Source: Eledone cirrhosa
Lineage: Eukaryota
Reading direction: 5' to 3'
Assembly (NCBI GenBank): GCA_964016885.1
Contig: OZ024741.1
Coordinates: forward strand, 348,626,001-348,690,000
DNA: 64,000 bases
Each line of letters begins with the position of its first letter. Position 1 is the first letter of the stretch. Of this stretch, positions 38,246 through 50,946 are shown one piece after another. The translations under genes and the position numbers were made by a program. The notes beneath the pieces are model-generated. The model searched no databases. It saw only the letters and a program-made list of their open reading frames with translations, and was not told where the DNA came from.

Positions 38246-40519
38246 AATTATAAAAAAAAAAAATATCTATCTATATATATATATATAGCATTGGGTACTG
38301 ATGTTTTTTTAAGTATTTGTACTTATAAATTCACATTGTAAACATATGGTGTTGTCAATCTTGAATTTATCAGCCAAAGATCATTCAAGTTTTGTTTACA
38401 AAAATGTTTTGATCCCATATTTTCTTCAAACTTTTCACTTAAGTAAGAATTTCATCTGGTTAGAATTTACTTTCGTTTACGTTTAGTCGGGAAGGTAGGA
38501 AATGTGCCCCCTACTCTTTCGATGTCTCCTTAATTGCTGTGATGTGGAAGTAGCGTATCCTGAAACCGGACCGGAGACCTGGATAAAATGCTTGCAACAA
38601 AGATTCCTTTTGGGAAACACAGATGGGGACTTTAAACCGGGGGTCAGAATCTGTCTATCTAAAAAGTAAAAAGTATAAATAGATGTTTTAAAATATATCT
38701 TTAGTATAATGTTATGCTATGAAAAATAATTATTTTTGAATAAGATAATTACGATCCTTTAAATGAAACTATTATTATTATTATATAATAAAATCAACAA
38801 AAGAGTATTGCTGGAGTTTCGCCTGTTTATCATTATATACATTTATTTTAGTCGGGGGAATATGGTGCTTCCCACATGAGTATTCCTATCTAATATTTAA
38901 ATAAATATATTGGTTATGAAGATTGAGAATTTACATAAAAGGAAATGAATCTACAAATATATCTGACTTGTATTTCTTTATATACTATGGAGGAATAAAA
39001 TGGCAATTTGACCTTGACGGATTAGAAGAGATTGCAAAGATATTTAACCTGAAAATATTTGTCCGATTTTTTTACTGATTGTGCCAAACAACCATTTCCC
39101 CTAACATTGCTCAAATTCCTAAATGTTAGTCTAGTGTGATTAATAATTAAATCAACTATGTTGCCTCATAGATATTTATTATATTTACACAGAGAAAACA
39201 TAATTTGGAATTCAACTATAATATAATTGAACGACAACTGAGAAGTACAATTGATTGTACCGTTAAACCGTACTTAACTGGTGGTTATTTTATCAAACCG
39301 GCAGGTGATGTAACTCATAACCTAAATACCACATACATAGTACTACATATCTTTCTTTAGTCTTTTACCACTTAGCGACCTGATAATAAGCACAATGCAA
39401 GCATTTAAAACAAGTTTATCAACTGTTGCAGTGCTTAAAAGAAATTCGTATGTCACCTCAGCCTATCACCAACATTGCGCCACAGGGAAGGCCAGAGTGC
39501 TTTGTCTCACTTGATGCCTTGGCAAAATTTTGCAAGATTGAAATGAATGATTGATAATCAACACATCCCAGTGTGATCAAGCCTTTAACAATGCTTCCAA
39601 ATAACATTTGTCGAGGAAGGTGAGAATAGTTAGAAACCTGCCTTTCCTAGTAAATATACTATGCGGTTAGTCACAATTTTGGATAGGGTCTACGTTAATT
39701 ATATACTTACTTACCGAAGAATACGTCTAAAACATGACTCTTATATTTGCGGGATATGGAGGATTTATTTAATTGTACTAATATTGAGATATTTCGTTTT
39801 ATTATTGTTCGTTTTCAGCATTATTTTCTCGAACTTAATTCTATGTAAACCACCACTTATTTACTTGGATTGTGGTCTTCTCCCATCATACGGACTTAAT
39901 TCAAATATAAAAATTATTTTGATAAGTAGATTTCATATATTTTTAGTTTTAGTTTTGCTATTGTTGTCATTATCTTTATTATTTTTCTAGGCATGCAAGC
40001 TTGGTTATAAATAAATTGATGTATACATTTATAATAGAGAGATAGAGGAGAGAGAAAACAAAAATGTTGTGTCACGTGAGGTGAAAAATATTTGACCTTC
40101 CGTGATTAAACAAATCCCCCGCTGTCAATAGTAATAGCTTACAATAACAGATATGCTGAAACAAAACGAAAACCAAATTAAAATGGCCATTATGCTAATT
40201 GTCAGAGTCACTGGCGGTCAGGATATCGGTTTTTGAGTAATTTCTAGATTTCCGATTTATCGCCCGATTCTATCTTTGCTTTCCAATTGTTGTAGGTTAT
40301 TTTTAAAGAGCGTTATAGCTATTTTGCTTATATATTTATTTATATGTATACATCTATATCTACTGCTTCAGTGATGAGTGTAATATATTATATGCATTGT
40401 GGTTCACGTATATATATATATGTATACTATATATATATGTACATACACACATATATATACACTCACAAACACACATAAACACACACAGACACACACACAC
40501 ACACGCACACACACACACG

Positions 40520-40588
<69 letters not shown>

Positions 40589-40797
40589 GAGGTGCATGTG
40601 GTGTGATTAACTATTAATATATTTATAGTTTTCTTTACTTTTTTGTGGCGGGTGTCTAATTTAGTTTTGTGAGTGTACGTTCCAAAGATTGTGAGTACAT
40701 CCGTGTTTATATGTTTCTATTTTTACTTCATTAGATAACGATTTATTTATATTTCGACGCGGCAATGGGTGAGATGATATGGTTGACGCATATATAC

Positions 40798-40884
<87 letters not shown>

Positions 40885-41495
40885 AACAATATTTTATTTA
40901 TTTGTTTTCTTTATTCATGTGATTTAATTTTTTATTCATTCTACTATTCCAAAAAGCATTAGTTTCTTCACTATAAATCAGAGTTTCTTGTTTAATAAAT
41001 ATGGTCATGCAATTATATTTATTTATTTATTTGAATTGAATATGTCAATGTTCCTATTTCCATTATTCCATTAACATGTTTTTCTATGTTTATATGGCTG
41101 TTTGTTTATGTTTTAATTTTGTCTGTATCTTTTATTATGTTTTCTCAATTTTGTCATCTTCACTCCTCTTTTTTTATCACTAAACATTTTTTTTTTAATC
41201 TTGCTTTCGATATTCTAGAAATTTGAAAGTTGAAAAATAAATTTAGACTAGTTATAATTAGATTTAATTTTTTTTTTCAATTGCTTGATTTCTGCGCTTC
41301 AGTATATACTGATAATTTTATAGGAATGTATACAATACATTATATAACAAAACTTTGTATTTGAATAGTGTATTTTAATTTTATAAATTACTGCGGCGTT
41401 ACATGTTTTTATGTCTATACTATCCTACACTACATAATATATCAATATAGTTTAACCAGCAATACATGTATATTGTGTTGTAAACACATTATTTG

Positions 41496-41684
41496 TGTGG
41501 ATTGTTAGTATCGGTAGGGGGTCGAACGCCATGCTTTGAAGCATAGAGTTACCTCCCTGTATGATCTGAGTTCAAATCCCGCCGAGGTCAACTTTGCCTT
41601 TCATCCTTCCGGGTTCGATAAAATAAAGTACCAGTAATGCACTGGGTAATTGCTGGCCTTGTGCCAAAAGTAGAAACAATTATT
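41496..41684 (+). mobile_element. tRNA-derived SINE (short-tail subfamily)
   Basis: B box GAGTTCAAATCC, core and tail intact; ATTATTTGT on both sides (probable TSD). Confidence 0.9.
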
Positions 41685-41884
41685 TGTAAATAATATATAT
41701 TTGTAGAGAGAAATGAATGGGAAATACATATAATATTCTATGCTGCGTTGTAATTTCATCAGCGAATGCGTATTCCTATTTTAACTGAGAACAGTGTAAC
41801 TGCCAAAAAACGTAACTAATCGTTAGAGCTTAAAAGAATTAGATAATTCTATTAATAAGCGTTTAACGTATTTGGGGGATATAT

Positions 41885-42400
41885 TTCTTCTTCGTCTTTT
41901 CTCATTCTTCGCCCACTTATTCCTGAGAGGGTCATGAGGGCAGAGTCCTCAAACATGGGTCCTGTCAGAAGCAGACATCTCCAACTGATCAGGTTGAATC
42001 CGAAAGAGAGATCACCCAAGCTCACGGATTTATCCAACAGTATTGCTCTGGGTCTATCATTAGATCTCCTGCCGTTTGGTTTTGCCCGTAAAATTTGTAC
42101 AACGATACTTTCCTAAGACAGTCTAACCACGTGCCCATTGTATAGGCGCTGTTATATCTCAATTCGGAGAAGTGGCTCTTCCTGGAGTGACACTCTGATC
42201 TCCGATCCATGCACTCTCAAATAAGGTTACTCCAAAGATTATTCGAAGGAACCCCATTTCGGTCAATTGTATTCGCGATCGCATTCTATCCGTCATTACA
42301 CAAAATTCATGACATGTAAGGGCCGACACGAATATCGAATCGAAGATAGCGAGTCTATCCCCCACGACAACATTTCTTCCCCGATTACTGAAAAAGCTGA
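41885..42400 (-). mobile_element. RTE-clade LINE 3' fragment
   Basis: CHEFCVMTDRMRSRIQLTEMGFLRIIFGVTLF; homologous to 57560-57928. Confidence 0.8.
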
Positions 42401-43364
42401 AGCTGGCGCATTATTGCACTTCATTCAGCTTCCTGCCTTCCACCATTCGTGAATACGGCCGCGATATTCTTGAACTTCTCTACCTGATTTTCATTCCAGC
42501 CATGCAGCACTCGTCATCAAACCTATCATAGCAGGTACGCAGATATTACAACCAAATTCAGAACTCTCTTAGCAAACCGAGGACGTTGAAATAGAGTGGA
42601 GATTGTTCAGCGCAGCAGTTTCTGCTTCAACATCTGGGAGTGGAAACTAATCTCTCAGAGGCTGAAGTCACAAGAGCAGTGAAAGAACTGAAATGTGACA
42701 AGGCCTTAAATTGAGAAGTGTCATCTGGATGACTTTTGTGTGCCGGATGGGCTTTGGATATATATCTATTGCTAATACGCTTGTGTTTTAATAGTGTTTT
42801 GTTTCAAATCTATACTGTACTGATTTAGTACAGCTTTGCAATCAATATATTCATCAGCCTTAAGTATGGTGCAGATCAAATCTGATGTGCCAAACGTTTT
42901 ATTGAAAGGAAACTAATCTATCGAACAATTTTAAAATTCGCCCCAACACATTATAATACTAAAGTTAATGAAATAACGGAATCCAGAAAAGCTCTTTGAC
43001 TTCGTTAGATAATTATGACTAACGGAAGAAATATTTGAATAAATGTAAATGCAATACAGAAAAATGTCGGAACAATAATACAGAAATATTGGTATGTTCT
43101 AACCACATTTATTTACATAGAAAATATTACCATAAGCCTTAATTGGAATTGAATATGAGCTAAAAACAAAAATAGAAATGATCAAAGACTTTCTCAGACC
43201 CGTAACTCCGGTGGGGCGCTGCTTTAACATAGGGCGTTTCTAGGGTAGTTCTTATACTTGGCGGAGCCCATCTCCTCACCAGGTCTTATTCTCCAAATTT
43301 GTTTCAGGGAGGGATAGATAGTAAGAGAATGGATATGAGAAAGAGATATAGAGGATGAATCTAC

Positions 43365-43505
43365 CGTTGTACTAGACTGGTACTTTTTTGTTGACCTACA
43401 ATAGATGAAAAGCAAAGTTGACATCGCTAGGATTTGAACTCAGAGAGAGGAGAGCTGAAAAGAATACCGTAAAGTAGGTTATCCAACGTTCTAACGACTC
43501 TGCCT
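43365..43505 (-). mobile_element. Diverged SINE copy
   Basis: ACTGGTACTTT..GATGAAAAGCAAAGTTGACATCGCTAGGATTTGAACTCAG. Confidence 0.7.
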
Positions 43506-43994
43506 ATAAAATACTAATTAAAGAAGCCTTTTAATGTACTACTTTATTTTGTAGCATCAGTTAACATTCAAAATATAACACCTCATTAACTTTACTCTGA
43601 GATTATTTATATTATGAAAAAGTACACAATAATCACCGACGTAAACTAATGAAGAAATTTACATTCATTAAGATGGATACCTGACATATGCAGAGTGTAA
43701 AAATATTTAATCCAATAATCACGGATGTCGATATTAAGTATTTATATATATATATAAATATTGTTACCTATCTATTCATGTATATATATATATACATACA
43801 TACACACACATGTGTATATAAATATTCCTACATATGTATATAGATAGACATAACTAGCAATGTCCCATTCTCTTTCTATATATATATAACTGTCTACATC
43901 TACATATATATATGCGTGTGTTTCGATGTGATTATATATACATATATATATATGTGTGTGTGTGTGTGTGTATGTGTGTGTGTGTGTGTGGGTT

Positions 43995-44045
<51 letters not shown>

Positions 44046-44898
44046 TCGTGCGGGCGTGTATATATATATATATATATATACATACATTTATTTAATGCTA
44101 TTATTATTATTTATTGTTTTCTATAACGCGATGCTTTACTACAATAACGACCACCATCATAGCTAGAAGCTAAAGTATCAAAGCGCACCAAAGTACTCTT
44201 TACACTGAAAGAACTCTTAAAATGTATACATTTTGTATTTCATGTTATTTATTTTGTATATATTCTTTTTCGTATTTTCCTTTAATTTCACATTTAAATC
44301 CAAACCTCTAACAATAAAAGATCTCCCGTTGGGCAAAATAATTTACTGAAGTAAGAATAAAATATCTTGTTGTAAAGATGTGAATCTCGAATATTTTCCA
44401 TCTGAAAATGATTCTCTAGACGCCATTGAACAATTGGACAATTTTATCATAAAGTTGATTTTTATTACGTTTTCTACATTTTGTAATATTTATATTGGAT
44501 TATTTTATTTCTTAGTTTTTTATTTGAATGTTTTTCCTTTTCTTGTATATTTTCGCAAATATATTTCATTCTAAATTAGATTTTTTTTTTTTTTTTGCGT
44601 TATGATTTATCGAATTTTACTGGCGTTTGAAAAATAGAGAAGATATAATACTGGATATAATTCATTGTAATATTTTATTTACGTCCATTGATATTCAGCG
44701 TTCAAATATTGATGATATCTACTTCGTATTTTACCGTGGAACTTTAAACAAATAGCAGTCACCTGTTGGCTCAATATAAGAGATTCCTCTTCGTGTACAT
44801 ACACAGTGACGCACACATCCTAACACACCCTCAAACACACAATTTGTGATAACGTACATTTGTTGGATTTTATTGTTAATATTATTTTTGTTTCAAAT

Positions 44899-45095
44899 AG
44901 GGCGGTGTATTGGCAGTATTGGTGGAGGGTCGGACGCATAGAGTTACGGCCCTTTATAATATGAGTTCAAATCCCACCGAGGTTAACTTTGCCTTTCACC
45001 CTTACGGGCTCTGTAAAATGAAGTACCAGTCACGCACTAAGGTTCATTTAATCGAATTTCCCCTCCTCCCAAATTGCTGGCCTTGTACCTATATA
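44899..45095 (+). mobile_element. tRNA-derived SINE (long-tail subfamily)
   Basis: AGGGCGGTGTATTGGCAGTATTGG ... GAGTTCAAATCCC ... CCCAAATTGCTGGCCTTG. Confidence 0.9.
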
Positions 45096-46281
45096 TTTTT
45101 GTTTCAAGTGAATTCGCGTAGTTACAGTATTAAGTTCACAATCGTGCGGCTGGGAATTCGATTCCAGGAACTGGCGGCGTGATGTCTCCTCGAGAATGCA
45201 TTTCATTTCATGTTGCTTGAGTTCAAAGAACTGAAAAATATGAGTTGCGTCGTCAATGGTGTCAAGCTGTATCATCCTTTGCGTTTCCCTTGGAGAACCC
45301 CACTGGTGTAGATACTGGAGACTGATATGTATGGGAGAATGCTGGTCTTCCTCAAACCATTTGGAACTGGCTTCTACCTAGGAGGTAGGGGGCTCGTTCA
45401 ATTTCGATAATCCATGGTCATTCGTGGCTGAGGTGGGTGTTTACCCTTTTTATTGTTTTTTCAAAGTCTACAACCGGGAGATAAGGTTTGTACTTTTTCC
45501 CTCCACCAGTTAGGCCTTGTAGCCATATTCAATGAAGATGGTTACATTGAAAAATATAGGTTGATATACAAATGACATGATATTTTAGGATTTGGACTCA
45601 TATATCCTTGATCAGATCTGAATAGATTTTAAACAGTTATATCAACAAAAACAAACAACCAATAAAATATGAAAGAAAGAAAAACTAGATCAAAGTTTGT
45701 GTCTACCTTCTATGACTTAAAGTAGTCAAATATATTTAAATGTCATTATTGCCGTACTGCTGTTGCTATAGTGTTTATGGGTCACAATAATCTCTTATAA
45801 TACCCATGTGCATATTTTATTGTAGCCCTCCCACCACCCTCGTAAATAGTTTCAGGCAGTTAGACAGTTCTTAGATATGCCAGCTCTGTGTTTATGGCGT
45901 TTATGCCTTGGGGCATATTTGTTTGTTAGGAATAATTTAATGTTGTCTGCAGGAATAGTCTTAATTCTCATTGGTCAGTTTGTAGATGCTAGTAGGGTTG
46001 GTATTTGACCTCAAATAGGCAGGTGGTGTTGTAAAGTGCAAACCGTCAGGTAAGATGACAATAGTTGCATATGACTGATTTTCACAAAAAGCATTCCTGG
46101 TCAGATATATATTCAATTGAGGTTAATAGTATGAAATTCGATACTACAGGTAATTCTTAAATTGAGGAATTTATGTGGAGTGGTGCTACGGAAATTATGG
46201 TTAGAGTAGAATACTAGAAAATTTACAAATAAAAATACTTATGTTGGTTGACTTGCACATACACTCACACCCACCCCACAG

Positions 46282-46313
<32 letters not shown>

Positions 46314-46455
46314 ATTGAGGAATTAATGTGGGGTGGTAATACTGGAAATTATGGTTAAAGTCAAATACTTAGAAAGTTTAGAAATTTTAGAAATAAAAAG
46401 ACTTATGTTGATTGACACTCACACCTACCCCATCTACACACACAAATCCATACAG

Positions 46456-46544
<89 letters not shown>

Positions 46545-47189
46545 CAAGTGCATATATATATATACAACAGAGGCCCCCAAATCCAAGTATAAGGCAGACA
46601 TAAAACTAGGTGGGTGTTACTTTTAAAGAAAGGTAAAGAGGGTGTTTGGAAAAGTTATTGTTTAGACTAGATAAAAGTAGAGTGTGATATATATCTTCAC
46701 AGCAATAGCTTGGGGGCTTTGGAGCTTAGGCGAATCCCTTAGTACAGACATATATACCCACCCACACTTTTATACTTCTGGATGCGCGTGTATGTCTATA
46801 TATATATGTGCACTCATACAATAGAGCATATACAAATATACTCTTAATCATACACTCGAACATTTTTCAAATGCAACCTGGGGTATTATTATTTCGTTGC
46901 GTTCACATGAGTGTGTACATTCACGTAATCCCAGTATACACACACAATGCACGTTGCGGGCACTCATTCATGCGTATAGGGTTAGTACCTTGGGATAATT
47001 GTTCTTCCTGTGTGGGCCACTCCTCAGGTTCAATAAACGTGGTTTTGTTGACTCCTAACCAGTAGAGGATCCGGTGGACAATCCACCGTAGGGGCCACAC
47101 ACTATGGGTTGTTGTTGTTGTCCATTGGTCATTGGTACGGGATGTAGGGGACCTACAGGCGGGGGGGGTGGGGGCTTGTGGTAGGCCTT

Positions 47190-48925
47190 AACCGAGGTTT
47201 ATCCATATAGCTTGAGGAAATTTCCCGTCTTTAAGTGTCTGCAGGCGCCGAATAAGTCGGCCCTCTGTTTAATAGCTTGGTTCCGCCATGAAGTATCTCG
47301 AGTGTCTCACTAAGACAGAGGTTGCAAATACCAGACCCGCCTCTGTCTGGAGGAACCTTTCTAACCACGGACCAGACCAGAGAGTGCGGGGTCTTTTCAA
47401 GTTTGAGCTTCCAGATAAATTCAGAAAGAGGCGTACATTTCCTCTTTTCTATTCTGTTAAAGGAATGGCGAAGGTTATATCCTGGTCCTATACTTGAGGG
47501 TTGTTGGGTGTCCGCTGTGGTCCATCGCGGGGTTGTGCACAGCTCAGGTCGAGCTCGGTAGGTGTCACTCAGGTGTGCGGAGCGGTCACTATCATGAGGG
47601 TTATATTGGCCCACTGTGGGACCATAAACCTGCGCGGTGCGGCCTCCCTGCTCAATTAGGTTCAGTGGGTGGTGGGGACGGTGCAGGGGTGCTTATGCTC
47701 CGCACCGCAGTGGTCCTCGGCGTTGTAGGTATTAGACCGGAGGGGTATGCAGGACCTTCTCCCGGGGTGGTGACGGATAGGGGTCTGGGAGTGTTACTAC
47801 TAGTCACCGAAGTATTAGGTGGGCGACTCATTCCCCTGAGGGTATTGGTTCGGGGTACCCTTAGGTCATCCCGATCATGTCCCTTAGGGTTATAGCTGAT
47901 CTTATGGCTGTGGGACGCCTTAGCTAGCGTTGAGTTATAGTAATCAGCATTACTATTGAAGATCTCTTTATTGGCAGACAAGCCAGAGATCCTGTCATAG
48001 ACACTCTTAACTACGGCCTTAACGATAGATCTAGGGTAATTGGACCCAGCGTTGATATACACCAGCTTCTCATTGGGTTTATGATATGGGTGGTGCAGCT
48101 TGGTGTTGAGGGTGAGGGTAGTGTCCAGGAAATGCACTACTTTTCTATTGAGTTCCATCTCTACTTTAAGTCCTACTTTGCTAAAGAAGTGTCTAATTCT
48201 CCTCTTCACATTTTCGACCATTGTGGTGCTGTGGTCCACGACAGTCAAGAGTGCATCGTCTCGGTACAACCCGCCACCCAGGTTGGGTATTTCGCTCCTG
48301 ATCTCGTAGTGTATGTATATTCCAACCAAGTCCGTTAGCTGTGTTGAATCACTGAAGCCCATTGTAATGTAAAATTATTTGGCCAGTCGCTCTGGGTTCA
48401 TATGGCCCCATCGAATCGGATCAGGGTCTTTCTGGTGGCGTGTATGATTTGGACCTCGTCGCGTGTTCGGTCTGTCCTATTCATCGCGAATATGAGTGCC
48501 TTATTCAGGACTATGGGCGAGATAGAGGAGTAGTAATTATTGATGTCTAGTTGTATGAAGCTAGTCCTATGTTTGTCAGGTAAAAATGTAAACCAGTCCA
48601 GCACCTGGCTGGTGCAGGACCAAAGTTGTAACCTTATTTTACTATTAAGTGTGGGCAGGATCCTATCTAAAATTCTTTTGCTAATAACCCCATGTCTGAC
48701 CGGGAGGGGGCTATCCGTCTGACCGGCAGGTTAGACCCAAAGTTTGGTTTGTGGTCCTTATTGGTAATCCTCGGCTCCCTTGGTTGGTATGGGGGCCGTC
48801 CTATCATCTATGCCAAGACCAGATACGATCTCATAAGCCTTGATGTTGACATCCTCCAGTGTAGCCTCGGGCGTTTTATTGTAGCTTTTTCTCAATTCCC
48901 TGAGGATTAGCTCATGGTAAAGTTG
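47190..48925 (-). mobile_element. Naiad-like Penelope-like element, decayed (RT core, thumb, partial GIY-YIG)
   Basis: FIQLDINNYYSSIS; MGFSDSTQLTDLVG..GGLYRDDAL; FLDTTL..PYHKPN..YINAGSNYP; HSFN...LSEFIWKLK...WSVV..CNLCLSE..I..LLNR..CRH. A CxxC inside the GIY-YIG C-terminal half is Naiad-like. Confidence 0.85.
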
Positions 48926-48975
48926 AACAAGGTCGCGTAGGACAGAACAAAGGAGGGAATCAAAATAAAGACTCA

Positions 48976-49018
48976 GTCACTGAGGAGGTCACAGAATATG
49001 TGACGAAAGAGCTTTGAC
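48976..49018 (+). ncRNA. Minimal hammerhead ribozyme motif in a Neptune-like pLTR piece (48930-49075)
   Basis: GTCA-CTGAGGA-G-GTCACA-GAATA-TGTGAC-GAAA-GAGC-TT-TGAC; same fold as 22820-22862. Confidence 0.75.
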
Positions 49019-49077
49019 AATATATAAACAACCATCCGATTATCGAACCCACCATCCAACCAGCTAGAAATATAGAG

Positions 49078-50225
49078 CGAAATCGCCAATAGATTCAAGT
49101 AGCGTCTTTACATGCATACCCATTCTTTTCGTTACCCTCAGAGAAGGAATATGACGTCACTTTCAGCTTATATCTGGAGTCTAAAAGACAACCACACCCA
49201 ATATAAGTTACACTGGGAGATCCTACCTAGGGCTAGATCGTACAACGGAAATAAAAGGCCATGTGACCTCTGCGCCGCTGAGGCCCTGGAAATATTCTAC
49301 GCCACAGAACACATCTTAAACAAAAAATCTGAGGCAATTTCGTCTTGTAAACATAAATTGCACAAAACTTTCCTGTATTACAGCCTTACATTATACCCTA
49401 AAGGATAGTATGATCTATACGCGGATATTTTACGTCTTGATGTGGTCGCTAAGTATATGTTATGTTTATACCATTACTTATTTGCATAGGTAAGTATATA
49501 TTACCTATATGTTTTGTGGAGGTACGTATACTTTCTCGTACGTATATTTGATTGTATATGTTATGGCGTATATTTTATATATTTTGGTACATATACGTTT
49601 GGTTATGTGTATACGTGAGTTTTGCTTCTGTGTGAGTATGCGGCTTCGTACGTATGTACGGTGTGTGTATATGTGAAATTCGTGTTTTGGTTGACGTACA
49701 TCTCCGAACATTTGTGTATTTACATGTAGGTATGTGTGTGCGCGTGTTATACCATTTACGTGGTTTTGTCTTTGCGTGCTATTGTTCTCCACGCTCCCCA
49801 TATGACGTATTATCTTCGTTTTTTTCGTTCATTGCCAGAGAACGTCTCTATGCACCACCTAAGAGAACATTAGTCTACGACCTCTTTTATACCATAAACG
49901 TGGTTCTGTCTTTGCGCGTAATTGTTTTTCACCGCTCCTATTAATGACGTATTATATTCGTTTTTTCCCGTTCTTAGCCAGCGAACGTTTCCACGAACCA
50001 AAGTATCACCTTCATGTCTTCCTCCGGTTGCAACGTTTTTTGAAATATCCACTTCTGCGTTTACAGATTGACTTTGTTAGTTTCAGAAGATCCCGTTAAG
50101 GGTGAAAGCAGCGATTCTTTGCTTAAACTGTAATCTGTTATTTTAATAAATATTTGCTCTACGGTTCTTATATATTTGATATATATTTATCCTTATCGAG
50201 CCCTCTTTGGATTTTAGTCTTCAAA
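49078..50225 (+). mobile_element. 3' end of a second Naiad-like PLE (GIY-YIG C-terminal half plus 3' UTR)
   Basis: NRFK*RLYMHTHSFR...TSLSAYIWSLK...WEILPRARSY...CDLCAAEALEI...LNKKSEAISSCKH. The 3' UTR has a diverged ~110-bp duplication (49750 and 49890), a degenerate hammerhead core CAGAAGATCCC-GTTAA-GGGTGAAA near 50084-50108, and AATAAA. Confidence 0.85.
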
Positions 50226-50257
50226 TTTATTATTATTACTATATATATATATATATA

Positions 50258-50722
50258 TTGTTATACTTTGGGTGGGTCATACGACCGATAATTACACACG
50301 CAAATTTTGATTTTCACTTCAATTTATTCTATATTTCCAGTTGGTTGGATGGTTGGTTCGATAACCGGATGGTTGTTTATATATTGTCAAAGCTCTTTCG
50401 TCACATATTCTGTTACCTCCTCAGTATCTGAGTCTTTATGTTGTGTCCCTCCTTTGTTCTGTCCTATGCCATATTCTTTTTGTGAGAGACACAGAATAAA
50501 ATCCCACTCACAGAATCTGTGACGAAAGAGCTTTGACAATATATAAACACCTATATGGTTAGCGAACCAAGCAACGAACCCGAAATTTATAATATATTGA
50601 ATTGAAGAACAACAGGTGCATGTGTTTTTATTGGCAGCATGACCCTCCTAAATTATAACAATATCTGTTTGAACAGACGTTTTCAGATAAGAAATCCTGC
50701 AAAACAAATTCAAAAACGAAAT
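50258..50722. mobile_element. Two inverted copies of the Neptune-like pLTR/tail between (TA)n tracts
   Basis: 50258-50470 (minus; mutated hammerhead at 50386-50428) and 50510-50722 (plus; begins inside hammerhead stem II). Homologous to 20843-20917, 22744-22910 and 23500-23650. Confidence 0.8.
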
Positions 50723-50747
50723 ATATATATATATATATATATATATC

Positions 50748-50898
50748 AGAATGGAAGCGGAAAAAACCAGGTGGACCATAATTCACTAGAGTACTCGATA
50801 CTTGGATTAGTAGAGTGGGTAATATGAAAAGATTCAGGAACCCTTCCGATCTAGTTGTCGAAACGGCCGGAGCTCAGCCGTCGGGGTCTGAATCTCTT

Positions 50899-50900
<2 letters not shown>
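50748..50900. mobile_element. PLE-terminal fold-back cassette (3378 family) with half hammerhead
   Basis: Homologous to 3378-3553; plus strand GTCGAAACGGC-CGGAGCTCA-GCCGTC-GGGG; (TA)n on both sides. Confidence 0.7.

Positions 50901-50946
<46 letters not shown>

Noticed and set aside
38580-38660. GIY-YIG C-terminal-like peptide KDSFWETQMGTL
   Set aside because: Too short, with no supporting upstream motifs.
45140-46130. Decayed PLE thumb/linker on the minus strand (FIEYGY, ILPYIS, ELAYLRTV)
   Set aside because: Plausible but too fragmentary to call as a feature.
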